A stretch of DNA of 64,000 nt from Chrysomallon squamiferum (Eukaryota; Animalia; Mollusca): assembly GCA_012295275.1 (NCBI GenBank), contig CM022670.1, positions 42,036,001 to 42,100,000 of the forward strand, read 5' to 3'. Made by a program: the position numbers and the translations under genes. Shown piece by piece: positions 1-11,602 of this stretch. The first letter of the stretch is position 1. Every line of letters begins with the position of its first letter. The notes under the pieces are model-generated. The model worked only from the letters and a program-made list of their open reading frames with translations. It searched no databases and was not told where the DNA came from.

Positions 1-1703
1 GTGTTGGTGGGTTTGGGGAAGACGAAGTATCCCTGAGGAAAGTCCAGTGTTCGTCCGAATGCCAGCAGAAACGAATGTCGCACCGACAGCTCAACACACG
101 TCTGCAGAACCGGGCTGATGGTGCCTGCGTCCGCATACCTCAGAGGTGATACGACGATGACGTCGTCTAAAACAATACTCAACATTCTGAATGAACTAGG
201 CAGAGGGAGAGGTTCTTCTCCATATCTATTGATCACCGACATTCGTCTGGTTGGCATGGCAACCTGATGAGAAACGATCTGGTCCATTGTGAATGGTCTG
301 TTTTTATTAAAGTCCAGTAATTCTTCCATTTTAATCTCCAGATCTGTCGGAAGTGAGATTTTGGAAGTTCCTCCACTGCGACTGAATTTCTGACAGCGGA
401 CGACCTGGCATGGATCCACGGTACTCTTCCGCCATCTTTTCTTCACAGTTTTTGTTTTCTGAGCAGTCAGCACCAAGAAATCTCCACACTTCAAACACAC
501 TGGGTCAGGATAGTCCGTGTACACATCGTCAAGCACTTTGAAGTACGTTCCAACAGGACATTCAAATAATTCTTCCACTTTCTCAAAAGTTCTTGGGTCT
601 TCAACAAACGTACCCTGCAACCTGCTGTCCATGAGAAAGTATTTGTCTCTGTGATCCAGGCAGAGGATTTTCTCAGCTGCTTTCACTCTGTGAACTATTA
701 TGTCTGAAACATTTTTCAAGTGATTCGTCAGATCTGGGTGGATGTATCCGTGTCTGAGTAAGGTGGCTAGAACGGGAAATTTAGATTCATATTCTTCCAC
801 AAATTCTTCAACATGATGAGATATAATTTTGTCCTCTGCTACTGGAAGTTCATAATCATCCTGTGAGAAGAGTCGCACGTGCAGGTCGACATCAAGTGGT
901 AATTTCCACCGGACATCGAGGTCACCCCAGGGCGACACCTCTATCACCTCTGGTGGTTTGTGAAGATGTATGACGCCTTTAAAACTAAGAGGCAGCTCTG
1001 GAACACAAGAACGACATTTGTCCACACTTGAGTCCAGAGATCTGTTCGGAACGGGAGAAGAACTGATGTCCACGGGTTTTAGCTGTATGTTTTCCTCAGA
1101 CAGTTTCAGTCGTCTGGGAACCCGGGCCTGGTTGATAAGTTCCCTCACCGTGTAACTACGAGTGTCCGGTATGCACGTAAATCTCCCCTTACATTCCGCA
1201 GACAGACGGACAAGATTTCCTGACACGTCAGTACATTCCAGACGAACATGATTGTCTTTAGAGTCGTGCACGAGTCTCACAAATCTGAACAAATCACCCG
1301 ACTTCACTGAGAACCCCGGCAGGTACGGGTCGTCATAGTTTATATTCGCTCGGAAGTAAGTGGGACAGTCTTTAATTAGGTCAGCCACAGTTTCGTAAAT
1401 AGTTTTCTGATACTGGCCGTCCTGGGTTTTAGGCTTTGGTGGCAAAACTGTGAACTTCAGGTTAGAATCGAGAGGAATCTCGGTTGCCTTGGTTCCGCCG
1501 CTGTCCGTGCAGTGGAAAGATATAGTCAGAGTGGAAGGCAGGTGAGAGCGAACCAACAGCACGTCACCGCGAGAAATTCTGATGTTGCTCGTAAAGTTAC
1601 CTGATGTCACAGCCACGGTGCACGGCAGATCGACAAGTTGAACGAAGTCGTGCAGAGAATACGATGACGTCCCTGACACCGTAGACCTACTATACGACGA
1701 CAT
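1..1703 (-). CDS. THEMIS-like protein with two tandem CABIT domains (single large exon, 3' end beyond the window)
   Basis: Frame is open from ATG at 1703 to the window edge (567 codons), with an in-frame TAA about 55 nt upstream. Translation: MSSYSRSTVSGTSSYSLHDFVQLVDLPCTVAV...YETVADLIKDCP...RLECTDVSG...CKGRFTCIPDTRSYTVRELI...LPLSFKGVIHL...LPLDVDLHV, then a second repeat VEEFVEEYESKFPVLA...PRTFEKVEEL...VVRCQK...LPTDLEIKMEE...PFTMDQIV. These are CABIT hallmarks recognised from THEMIS/GAREM. Confidence 0.85.
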   Translation of the reverse strand, partial: MSSYSRSTVSGTSSYSLHDFVQLVDLPCTVAVTSGNFTSNIRISRGDVLLVRSHLPSTLTISFHCTDSGGTKATEIPLDSNLKFTVLPPKPKTQDGQYQKTIYETVADLIKDCPTYFRANINYDDPYLPGFSVKSGDLFRFVRLVHDSKDNHVRLECTDVSGNLVRLSAECKGRFTCIPDTRSYTVRELINQARVPRRLKLSEENIQLKPVDISSSPVPNRSLDSSVDKCRSCVPELPLSFKGVIHLHKPPEVIEVSPWGDLDVRWKLPLDVDLHVRLFSQDDYELPVAEDKIISHHVEEFVEEYESKFPVLATLLRHGYIHPDLTNHLKNVSDIIVHRVKAAEKILCLDHRDKYFLMDSRLQGTFVEDPRTFEKVEELFECPVGTYFKVLDDVYTDYPDPVCLKCGDFLVLTAQKTKTVKKRWRKSTVDPCQVVRCQKFSRSGGTSKISLPTDLEIKMEELLDFNKNRPFTMDQIVSHQVAMPTRRMSVINRYGEEPLPLPSSFRMLSIVLDDVIVVSPLRYADAGTISPVLQTCVELSVRHSFLLAFGRTLDFPQGYFVFPKPTN

Positions 1704-2245
1704 CACAGCTACTGTTTTCAATCCATTCCCGAAAATATTAACATTGTCACTTCCTTGTTACTCTCACCTGTATAGGTATTGTCATAAGAGTTATCTACCT
1801 TGACACTGACCTGCATCGTTGAGTTACGAATCTTACCCTTTAGTACCTTTATGTAAATACATTCTTTATCCGGAAAAAAAAGAAGAAAAAAAGAAGAATG
1901 AAAAGAAATAAAGAAAGAAAAATAACGAAAGAGTGTAAAAGAAATGCTTTGTCTGTTCACAGAATATCCATTCTAAATGTTTTCTTTTTGTTCTTATTTT
2001 CGTACAAGATATTAATACATTTACCTGTGATAAAATGACAGATCGATATTAGGCTGAATCAGTTGACAATTTCCCGCCTGTTTCAAATACGGTGCCGAAT
2101 GCAGAGGTGATCATGTTGGAGTAAAAACTTCCTCTCATCAAATGCAAAGTTTTAAATGCATTTTAATAACTGTATGACTGTAACAGAGTATATTATGCAC
2201 TAATAAAATATTTTATATTGATGACTGCCTTAACAACAACCATGA

Positions 2246-2247
<2 letters not shown>

Positions 2248-2341
<94 letters not shown>

Positions 2342-2357
2342 CACCAACAACAACAGC

Positions 2358-2440
<83 letters not shown>
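2248..2440. repeat. Compound trinucleotide microsatellite (CTA)n(TAA)n(CAA)n(TAA)n
   Basis: Seen directly; explains the poly-L/I/T/V ORFs. Confidence 0.97.
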
Positions 2441-2441
<1 letters not shown>

Positions 2442-3739
2442 TAAAAAAAAATCAATCAAAAACAAATCCCGGATATTTATTTATTTTATTTCAGTTGTAA
2501 AATGTGTCATTTTATTATGAATAACTAAAAAATGTTTTCATCAAATAATATAAATATATTGAAAAAACAACAAATCCTCCACAGTTTTTTTCAGCTTTTT
2601 ACCTTAAACTTACAAAAAAGTACTATATGTGTTTATATGTGTCCCTGCGTATGTGTTTGTGTATACACGAATATGTTTGTATTAGTATATGCATGTGTCT
2701 GTGTCTGTGTGTGTGTGTGTATTTGTATGTATGGATGTACTTACTAAGGGAAGCACATGTTTGTCTTTTTCTGTTATACGCTTCTGTTACTTTTGTTCTT
2801 TTTTACACTGAGTTAAGTTTTAAGTTTTTATTTGATTGTTTGTTTGTTTGTATGTTTCTTTGTAATTTTGTTTGTTTGTTTCTTAATTTATTTTCTATTA
2901 CATATAATTATTTTAAGAACGAGGTAACTCGTTTAGCCTAGAGTATGAAATGTAAGTTATTTCCCTTGTGTCTGGTACGGCGGACATCGTTTTTTTTTTT
3001 TTTTATATATATATATATATTTATTTATGTGTATTTTTCAGTGAAGTTAAGGGTTAAACTGAAACTTTGTTGTGCTCTATCACGTTAAAACAACAAAAGA
3101 ATACTAGTGTACATTCTGTCTTTGTTGATAATCTATAGGTTTGCAAGTGACAGAACAGTCATTGTTGTTCTTAATTCCTAATAATACTATTAATTTTGTT
3201 TTATTTTATTTTATTTTTATTTATTTTACATCATCATCATCATCTTCATTATTATTATTATTATTTTGTATTTTTCTTTAAATCTTCATAATTTTATATT
3301 TTAATTTAGTGTTCTAGTCTAAGTCATTTTTCTTTATCAGATAAACACAAAACACGTTGTAAAACTGTGGATATATTTTATTGCTGTATTTGATCATACA
3401 AAGTATATAACATATATAATACATTCTCACTTTGTCCTGTACTTAAAAATGAAAAATAAACTCATCCAAATAACAAAATAATTTTGTTTAAATATATACG
3501 AAAAAAATAAAGAATAAAATAAATTGAAAAATTAAGACATAATAGTTACATAAACATTAAAGTAAATGTATTTAAGTTTGTGCCTAGCATTATATTATAT
3601 ATTAGGACTATATTTTATATTATCTAGGTTAGATAATTATTGTTAAATACATAAAAAATTGTCAAACAGCAGTAAATGAACAACAGGCTGTTCCATTGTT
3701 GGAATATCAAGAAGAAAACAACACATTATTTCACACGCA

Positions 3740-3844
<105 letters not shown>

Positions 3845-4258
3845 TAAACACATACAGACATACACATACATACATATATACGTACACAAGACAAACTTTT
3901 ATTTGGCAGTCCAGTACGTTTTATTTATTTATTTAAAAGATGGTTAACTGTATAAAGTAAATTCTATTGTTAACTTTTTTGATATAAAGTTATCTCACAC
4001 TGATATATATTATAATACCGTTAGAAATAAATGAATAGATCTGATTACACCAAGTATAAAATTGTAACACGGTGTGACGTCATGGGTATTACCAGTATTA
4101 AAAAACATAACTTCCTAGGGCCACTGTACATGGAATAAATATTATACGTAACTGCATTTAACCGCGATAACATCACATGTATAAATGACGTCATGGATAC
4201 GGGAACATGTGATTTGTAGTTTTAGCTATAAACATTTAAATTATATGTAATAAAAGTA

Positions 4259-4260
<2 letters not shown>

Positions 4261-4319
<59 letters not shown>
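4261..4319. repeat. (TTA)n microsatellite
   Basis: Seen directly. Confidence 0.95.
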
Positions 4320-4320
<1 letters not shown>

Positions 4321-4475
4321 TAAAGTTTCTCACATGTACACGTATGTTATTGTTCTCAAAATAAATTGAGTTAACAAAATTTGTTTCCTGTCAATTCGTG
4401 TACCATCAAAATAATTTAATATTTTATGTTTAAATTCTGATGAGCAATATTTCCAGTTTCTAACACTGAATAAAA

Positions 4476-5059
4476 TCACAGAATGAAGTCCATTTTTGGT
4501 TTCACCTTCTTTACGCTCTTGTCCCGGAAGTACGTAACAACAGGATTGCGAATACCAAGAGTTTCTAAATCCGTGTCTTTGAACTTGGAGAATCGTTTCC
4601 CGTCCACGTTCTTACTGTGCAGATGTTTGACCAGACGTTCGTTCACTGATAAATGGCGGAAGAATGAGGACATTTCGTCTGCCGTGAAGTTGAACAAACA
4701 ACCGTCGTTTGGTATCTCTATGTCTGCTTGAGAAACACCATTGCTATCTGAAATGTTAAATTTGTCACCGATTTAACTTCCTAACCAGACAACAAACTAA
4801 CACAAATGTTGCAGCACATTAGAGTGTGATCTAATTATACGTGTAACTGTGAATGTAACAACAGCTTAAAGAGTAAATGCAACATCATGTTAAAATACAA
4901 ATGTAACATGTTTAAGTTAAATGTAGCATTATGCTGAAGTATGAATGTAACAAGTTTAAGAGTAAATGCAAAATTGTGTTTAAATGTGTAAATATAACAT
5001 CATGCTAATATATGAATGTAGCATGATTAAGTGCGAGTGTATCGTGCCTAAGTGTAAAT

Positions 5060-5097
<38 letters not shown>

Positions 5098-6214
5098 TAA
5101 AGATGTGTAACAGGATATACCTGTCGTTGTGGGTGAGGTTGTGGGCGGGGCTGGAGCGTGTTTCATCTTGTTATTCAGTGGCTGTCTGGCTGGGATGTCA
5201 GGAACGAATTTATTATTCGTTTTTAATCTGAAATATAAACATATCATATAAAATATATATAACACACACACACAAACACACACACAAAAGCATTGCATTT
5301 TTTTTCATCTTCCACTATTCTATTTTATAACATTTTGTTATTGTTTTGTATCTTATACTGATGTATAGTCTAGCATTAAGCCATCATATATAATTATTCT
5401 TATATTCTCTACACATTTAATACTTTTCAAAATAAAACATCTGAATACATAATAAAACCCCTAAAACTAAAAAAAGCAACTCATATTGTGTCATGTTATC
5501 ACACTACGTAATACCTGTCTGCAGAGTTGAAATTATGTCTTTGACGTACATCAACTCTATTTACAACAGTCTGAGAATACATTTGTTTTGTATACCACAT
5601 CATAAATAATACATTTATCTTTTTATCAGAAATACCGTCATACATTACAAAAATACAGTGAACATTATCTAGAACAGACACATAAACAAACACTTACATA
5701 CACACACACACATATACATACATACATACATACATACATACATACGTACATAGATACATACATACATACATACAGACATACAGACATATACACATCCAAT
5801 AAAAAAGATATGAAGAACATTGCATTCATTGTTATAAACAGTATCTGTAACGATGAGTACTATAAAAGAACGAATGATGAAATAGAGTTATAAATATAAA
5901 TTGTTATATATCCGTCTGTAATGAAAATCAAGCATTAATAACTCTTTCATATCTGAATCTTTTTTTTCAGAACACATAAGCATAAATAAATAAATAAATA
6001 AAGATATACTAGCCAGCACATACATACATTCGCAAGCACAGATGCACATGCACGCACATGCGCACACACACACATGCTCATATCCCCATCACGCATACAA
6101 ACACACGCACTTGATGAACGATGGTGGTAATGTATTTTTCTCTTGTTTAGTCTAACATTGAACAATTTTAAAATAAACGTTTTATTTGTCTTACCTAATG
6201 TATTTTCTAGCCAT
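4476..6214 (-). CDS. Small proline-rich, C-terminal SAM-domain protein (about 146 aa)
   Basis: Phase-consistent exons 6195-6214 (MARKYIR), 5515-5556 (VDVRQRHNFNSADR, symmetric phase 2), 5121-5227 (LKTNNKFVPDIPARQP...PAPPTTSPTTT) and 4476-4747 (...FTADEMSSFFRHLSVNERLVKHLHSKNVDGKRFSKFKDTDLETLGIRNP...*). The last exon fits the SAM pattern (VDG...DLETLGI). Confidence 0.72.
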
Positions 6215-6734
6215 GATTTAGTGTGATGACATCTAGCCTCCAGTCACACACAGAGAAAGAATGTCGTCAGTTTAGTAAAGGAGACAGAGAAAAAAAATCA
6301 CCCTTGTTCTCGCTACTTACATTCAGATTTAGAAATGTAATTTTAATTTGATTTTTCAAAACCCGCCCGTTATGCAAACACGACTGAACAATCACGCTGA
6401 TAGCCGAGCACTGTACAGGAGTCGTTCAGTTTGTTTTCTACATTCTTCTGTTGGGATGGTTTTCCTTTAGTAAGTTTACGATTCTTTTTACAAAAAGGAT
6501 TAAAATCTTTCTCGTGTTAGGATACTAGGATTCTCGTTATTTTAATTCACTGCTGTTAACACTTATTTATTATTCAACAGAATGGGAATGTCAGATTAAT
6601 GTATAAAACGAAATATATAAAATAAGGATGAAATAAAAACAAAGACATATTATGTAACTGTTAAACAAATGATAACAACTTAATGAAAACAGTACAGGGT
6701 GGATGAGAAGTTTTTTCACAAAAACAGTTTAATT

Positions 6735-7460
6735 ATAGAAATAGTGTTTTAGTTATAACAGATATCTAATTATAAATAACAAACTATTATCAAAGAAATA
6801 GTGTTTTAGTTATAACAGATATCTAATTATAAATAACAAACTACTATCAAAGAAATAGTGTTTTATGTAGAGTTATAACAGAAATCTAATTATAAATAAC
6901 AAACTATTATCAAAGAAATAGTGTTTTAGTTATAACAGATATCTAATTATAAATAACAAACTACTATCAAAGAAATAGTGTTTTAGTTATAACAGATATC
7001 TAATTATAAATAACAAACTATTATCAAAGAAATAGTGTTTTAGTTATAACAAATATCTAATTATAAATAACAAACTATTATCAAAGAAATAGTGTAGAGT
7101 TATAACAGATATTTAATTATAAATAACAAACTATTATCAAAGAAATAGTGTTTTAGATATAACAAATATCTAATTACAAATAACAAACTATTATCAAAGA
7201 AATAGTGTACTAGATATAACAGATATCTAATTACAAATAACAAACTATTATCAAAGAAATAGTGTACTAGATATAACAGATATCTAATTACAAATAACAA
7301 AACTATTATCAAAGAATAGGTAGAGTTATAACAAATATCTAATTATAAATAACAAACTATTATCAAAGAAATTGTTACTAGATAAGACAGATATTTATTA
7401 GAAATAACAAAACTATTATCAAAGAATTGTAGACTTATAACAAATTTCCCTATAAATAAC
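6735..7460. repeat. About 57-bp minisatellite, about 12 copies
   Basis: Unit gttataacagatatctaattataaataacaaactattatcaaagaaatagtgtttta; 19-aa periodicity in ORF 7100..7312. Confidence 0.95.
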
Positions 7461-8469
7461 AGCAGTTGTTAATAAGATTTTATTTCCTGAACTACGTGGT
7501 TTTCTATGTAACAGATGTCACGTATAAAGTACATTTTACATTTTACAAAGCAGGTAAGAAAAGAAAAGTCATGGAAATGTTTCTTTACACTCGATATTTC
7601 TATACGAACATTTGTAACAGTTTTTACTTACATGTATCGTTAATCGTATGTATTAAAATTTTATTTCCCAAGGCAAAAGTTATTATTTATGATTATCATT
7701 AATTATTTCTGTTTACATTTTAATTTTAAAGGTGTTATTTATAGGTATCGTTACATATTTCGATTAAAGTACTGATTTTCAAGGCAAAAGTGTTTATTTA
7801 TAAGAACCATTAATCATTTCTATTCAAGTATTTATTCTCAAGGTGAACTCAATGCCAGTTATGAAGAATCAGCTCACTGCTTTTTTAATGTAGACATTTC
7901 GTTTCATGTAAGTACAACAGCAAAAATTGTTTATAAAGTTTAAAACTAGAATTCTTTCCATGTAACAAACAACAGGCTTTTCTCTAGAGAAAACTGATAA
8001 CGCTCACACTGCAGTTATACATGAATCTAAATCACAGTGTATAGGAAAGCCACGATAAAACGTAAAAACAAATACTTACATAAAATTACTAGAAAAATCC
8101 AGGTTTATTTAGTTTTAATTACATACGACTTCAGAAAAAGACGTCTATAACGTTTAAAAATAATAATATGATCAAACCGAGCTACGCAGCCTAGCTTGTC
8201 CGACTCACTGTATGTACTACAGATCACAAAACACTTTCTCTTTCCCACACTTAGCTCAGAGACAGTTTTTCTAAACGTTGTGAAAAGATTCTATACAGAG
8301 ATCCGTTAACTGTTATTTGTTAATTGTTCACTCTCATTATACTTGCGTCCTGTCCTAGCTTATACTCTGTCTGTATGTGTGGGTGTTCGTATGTGTTCGC
8401 CTACACACACAAACACACGTACACACACGCGCATATTCATATGTGTGTGCATGGGCGCACGACGTACGT

Positions 8470-8705
8470 GTGACATTTCTATATACGTGCAGGTGTTTGT
8501 GTGTATGTGAGAAATTTCTATATACGTGCAGGTGTTTGTGTGTATGTGAGACATTTCTATACACGTGCAGGTGTTTGTGTGTATGTGAGACATTTCTATA
8601 TACGTGCAGGTGTTTGTGTGTATGTGAGACATTTCTATACACGTGCAGGTGTTTGTGTGTATGTGAGACATTTCTATACACGTGCAGGTGTTTGTGTGTA
8701 TGTGT
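8470..8705. repeat. 39-bp minisatellite, about 6 copies
   Basis: Unit acatttctatatacgtgcaggtgtttgtgtgtatgtgag; 13-aa periodicity in the overlapping ORFs. Confidence 0.95.
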
Positions 8706-9481
8706 TTGTATGTTTGTGTATATGTTCAGTGTATATAATAATTAATTAATTAATTTGTTGATGTTGTAATGCAGTGTTAGAAGATGATCAGATCTGAGTT
8801 TGTTATTGCACTCTCTCTGTTTCAGAAGAATTCTTAAACAAATTAAATCAAACGAAAACTGTGTGAGAACGTCGTTAAATTCGAGCATTTCTTCCTACAT
8901 TTAAATTTTAAACTGCGTGCAAAATGCATAACCACTGCTAACGTACGAAATGTAGAAATCATTATTGTTGTTGTTGTTGTTGTTGTTATTATTATATTTA
9001 TTATTACTACATTTATTTTTTTTTTTTTTTTTTATTTTAATGTATTGTGACGCCACTGAAGAGGAAATATAAACTCACATAACTGAGCAGTTGCAGAATT
9101 TTTTTTTTATCCCAATCAAATATGAATTTAGTTTAAAATATTTAAATATATGTATAAATATAATTATTAGCTGTTTATGATGAATTACTGACGTAAAATA
9201 TTTAACATTTTAATTTCTTGATGAGTCAGATTCATTTTTCAGCATAGACTTTCAATAGCGAAACACGATTATATCATAAATTCAGAGAAAATACATATTT
9301 ATGAACATCTTCACAGCGATGCGCTTTTTATATTGAACCTGGATGATGACGTCATTCAATTTACGTAATAATCATTACGATAATGAGATGACGAAAGAGA
9401 GTTTTGCAGAAGTAAGAAGTTCTGGTAAAGTTGTTTTATTTTGTTGTTTTTATTTATTGTTTTATTATTTATTTGTTTGTT

Positions 9482-9514
<33 letters not shown>

Positions 9515-10276
9515 TGTTGTTCTTGTCAGGAGCGGATGAATGATAATTTTTATTTCTGTTCTTGTTTTTACTGATGTCGAAGCAGTATCTACATTTTGTT
9601 CGTGAATATGTTAATTTATAGAAAACTACTTGCATTACTCGAGTAAGTAATGCAATATATAAATTAACTTGTCATGTCTCTTCTAACGTTAACAAAACAC
9701 AAAGAATAGACATGTTAAGATGTTTCGTTCCGGTAGTAAAATATGTAACCTAAATTCATATTTTATTTATCTGTCATTTTATCTACAGTCACACACGAAC
9801 GAATCTTTTTAAAACATACAATTATTCATCAGCGGCGGGTCCAGACTAGGGTTTGGATGTTATTTCATTGTTAAGACTGGGGAAAATAATCTGTCCAACA
9901 AAACCTACACGTAGTCCTTTCTTGCTGAGTGTTTACTACAATACAAGTATTTCATTGTTGTTGTTTTTTATGGGGGCGGGGCTTTGTTCTTTTTGTTGTT
10001 TTAAATAACTTTTATTTATATTCATTATTATTATTATTGCTGTTGTTGTCACTGTTGTTGTTATTGATGAAACATTGATGTGTTTAAACCTACAGTTATT
10101 ATAATACCCCCTCACACATTCCCTGATCCACCCACCACTTCTAGTTATTTCCCCACGGAGCAGGGATTGGCTGTACTTCCTGAACTTACATTATTAAACA
10201 CAATTTTCAAGACACCGTCAGATATTATGTATATATACCGATGTATCAAAGTCGTCATCACCATGATAATGATGAT

Positions 10277-10277
10277 G

Positions 10278-10327
<50 letters not shown>

Positions 10328-10399
10328 TATTATTATTATTATTATTATTATAACTTTTATTGTAGTTGTTGATGTTGTTTATCAGTATTATTATAACTG

Positions 10400-10439
<40 letters not shown>

Positions 10440-10456
10440 GTTGTTGTTGTTGTTGT
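10277..10456. repeat. (AAT)n/(ATT)n/(GTT)n microsatellite cluster
   Basis: Seen directly; the (AAT)n tract abuts its complement (ATT)n. Confidence 0.9.
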
Positions 10457-10644
10457 CAATGGCTGCAGTTCACGCTTCAAATCTTTCGTTTATTTATTTC
10501 AATTTTTCTAATTTTTTCGTCTTTAACTCATCACTTATTTAGTCATTTATTTCTCATTTAATCTTTCTTTCACTTGACAGTTCATCCTTTCATTTTTTTC
10601 TTCTTTTATCATCCATACATTTCATTCATCTCTCACTCACTTAC

Positions 10645-10814
10645 CCAAGTGAAATTCTCGCGTGCTCCGTCCTACTTTCCTCCGCGAGTCGGTGCCCCTC
10701 ACTCAGTGTGAGCATGCGAATGTTCTCCTGCTCACTACTCACAGAGTTCTGTCTGTGACACTGGTATCCATCACAACCGTTTTCCAATCGCCCATTAGCT
10801 GACCAGTCCGCCAT
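10645..10814 (-). CDS. Probable alternative (distal) first coding exon of the SAM-domain gene
   Basis: Start context AAGATGGCG, 56 open codons (MADWSANGRLENG...RISLG), and donor GG|GTAAGT in phase 2, which matches the phase-2 acceptors at 5556 and 5227. A TATA box lies about 160 nt upstream. Confidence 0.55.
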
Positions 10815-10972
10815 CTTGCCGATAATTTTGACGGTGTACAAATTACATGATCTCTCCAGCCTCTAGTTAAATGGACGGCCTCAGTAAACTCATTGTTCCC
10901 GGTATGTGCAGATTGCTATACCGTGTAAATATCTGCTTGTCACAGCAAAAGAGGTGGGCTTTCCTTTGCTGC

Positions 10973-10980
10973 TATTTATA
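10973..10980 (-). promoter_or_regulatory. TATA box (TATAAATA) of the distal first exon; kB-like GGGCTTTCC at 10956-10964
   Basis: Direct motif match in a CpG-rich patch upstream of ATG 10814. Confidence 0.45.
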
Positions 10981-11566
10981 CCCGAATTATAAACCGGTTT
11001 GACTGGTATACGAGTAGGTTTTAATATACACGCGGCGCGCTCCTCTCAGGTAACTATTTATTTTGTGACCTGGAGAGATAAAAGAATATTAAGGGGAACA
11101 AAGCGTATATTTTACACGAAGCTTTGAATTCCAAGAAGTTTAAATTACGTTTTACTGAGGTCGGTTTGATTAAGTTAAAACGTGAAAAATATAATAAAAT
11201 GTAAGTGATGATATATCATAAATAACATTAATATATTTGGTTTACTGTTGTAAAGAGAAAACTGCTTACCAATCTTTGCTAACAATGAAGTATGACCATA
11301 ATTTATAATGATGAACAGAGGAACAATTTTCTTTACTTCAGATACAGATATTAGAAAATACAAAAATAACGATTAAAATTGCATTATTATCAAAACAGAA
11401 ATAAATAAATAAATAAATAAATAAATACATAATGATGATGGTGGTGGTGATGATGATGATGCTGGTAACAACGATGAATCACAATGATACTGCCTTTTTT
11501 ATGTTATGCAATATTAATGCTAATTTATAAATAAAATTAAATAAATGATTAAGACCAAGCAGAATG

Positions 11567-11602
<36 letters not shown>

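Noticed and set aside
970-1155. 61-aa plus-strand ORF
   Set aside because: Antisense to the long CABIT reading frame.
4476-4478. Selenocysteine recoding at the TGA stops of the SAM gene, CLCC1 or IQANK1
   Set aside because: The stops fall at plausible protein ends and I found no recognisable SECIS element.
11031-11056. CpG-rich patch with a plus-strand donor (tcag|gtaact) suggesting a divergent transcript
   Set aside because: No downstream exon or ORF could be linked to it.
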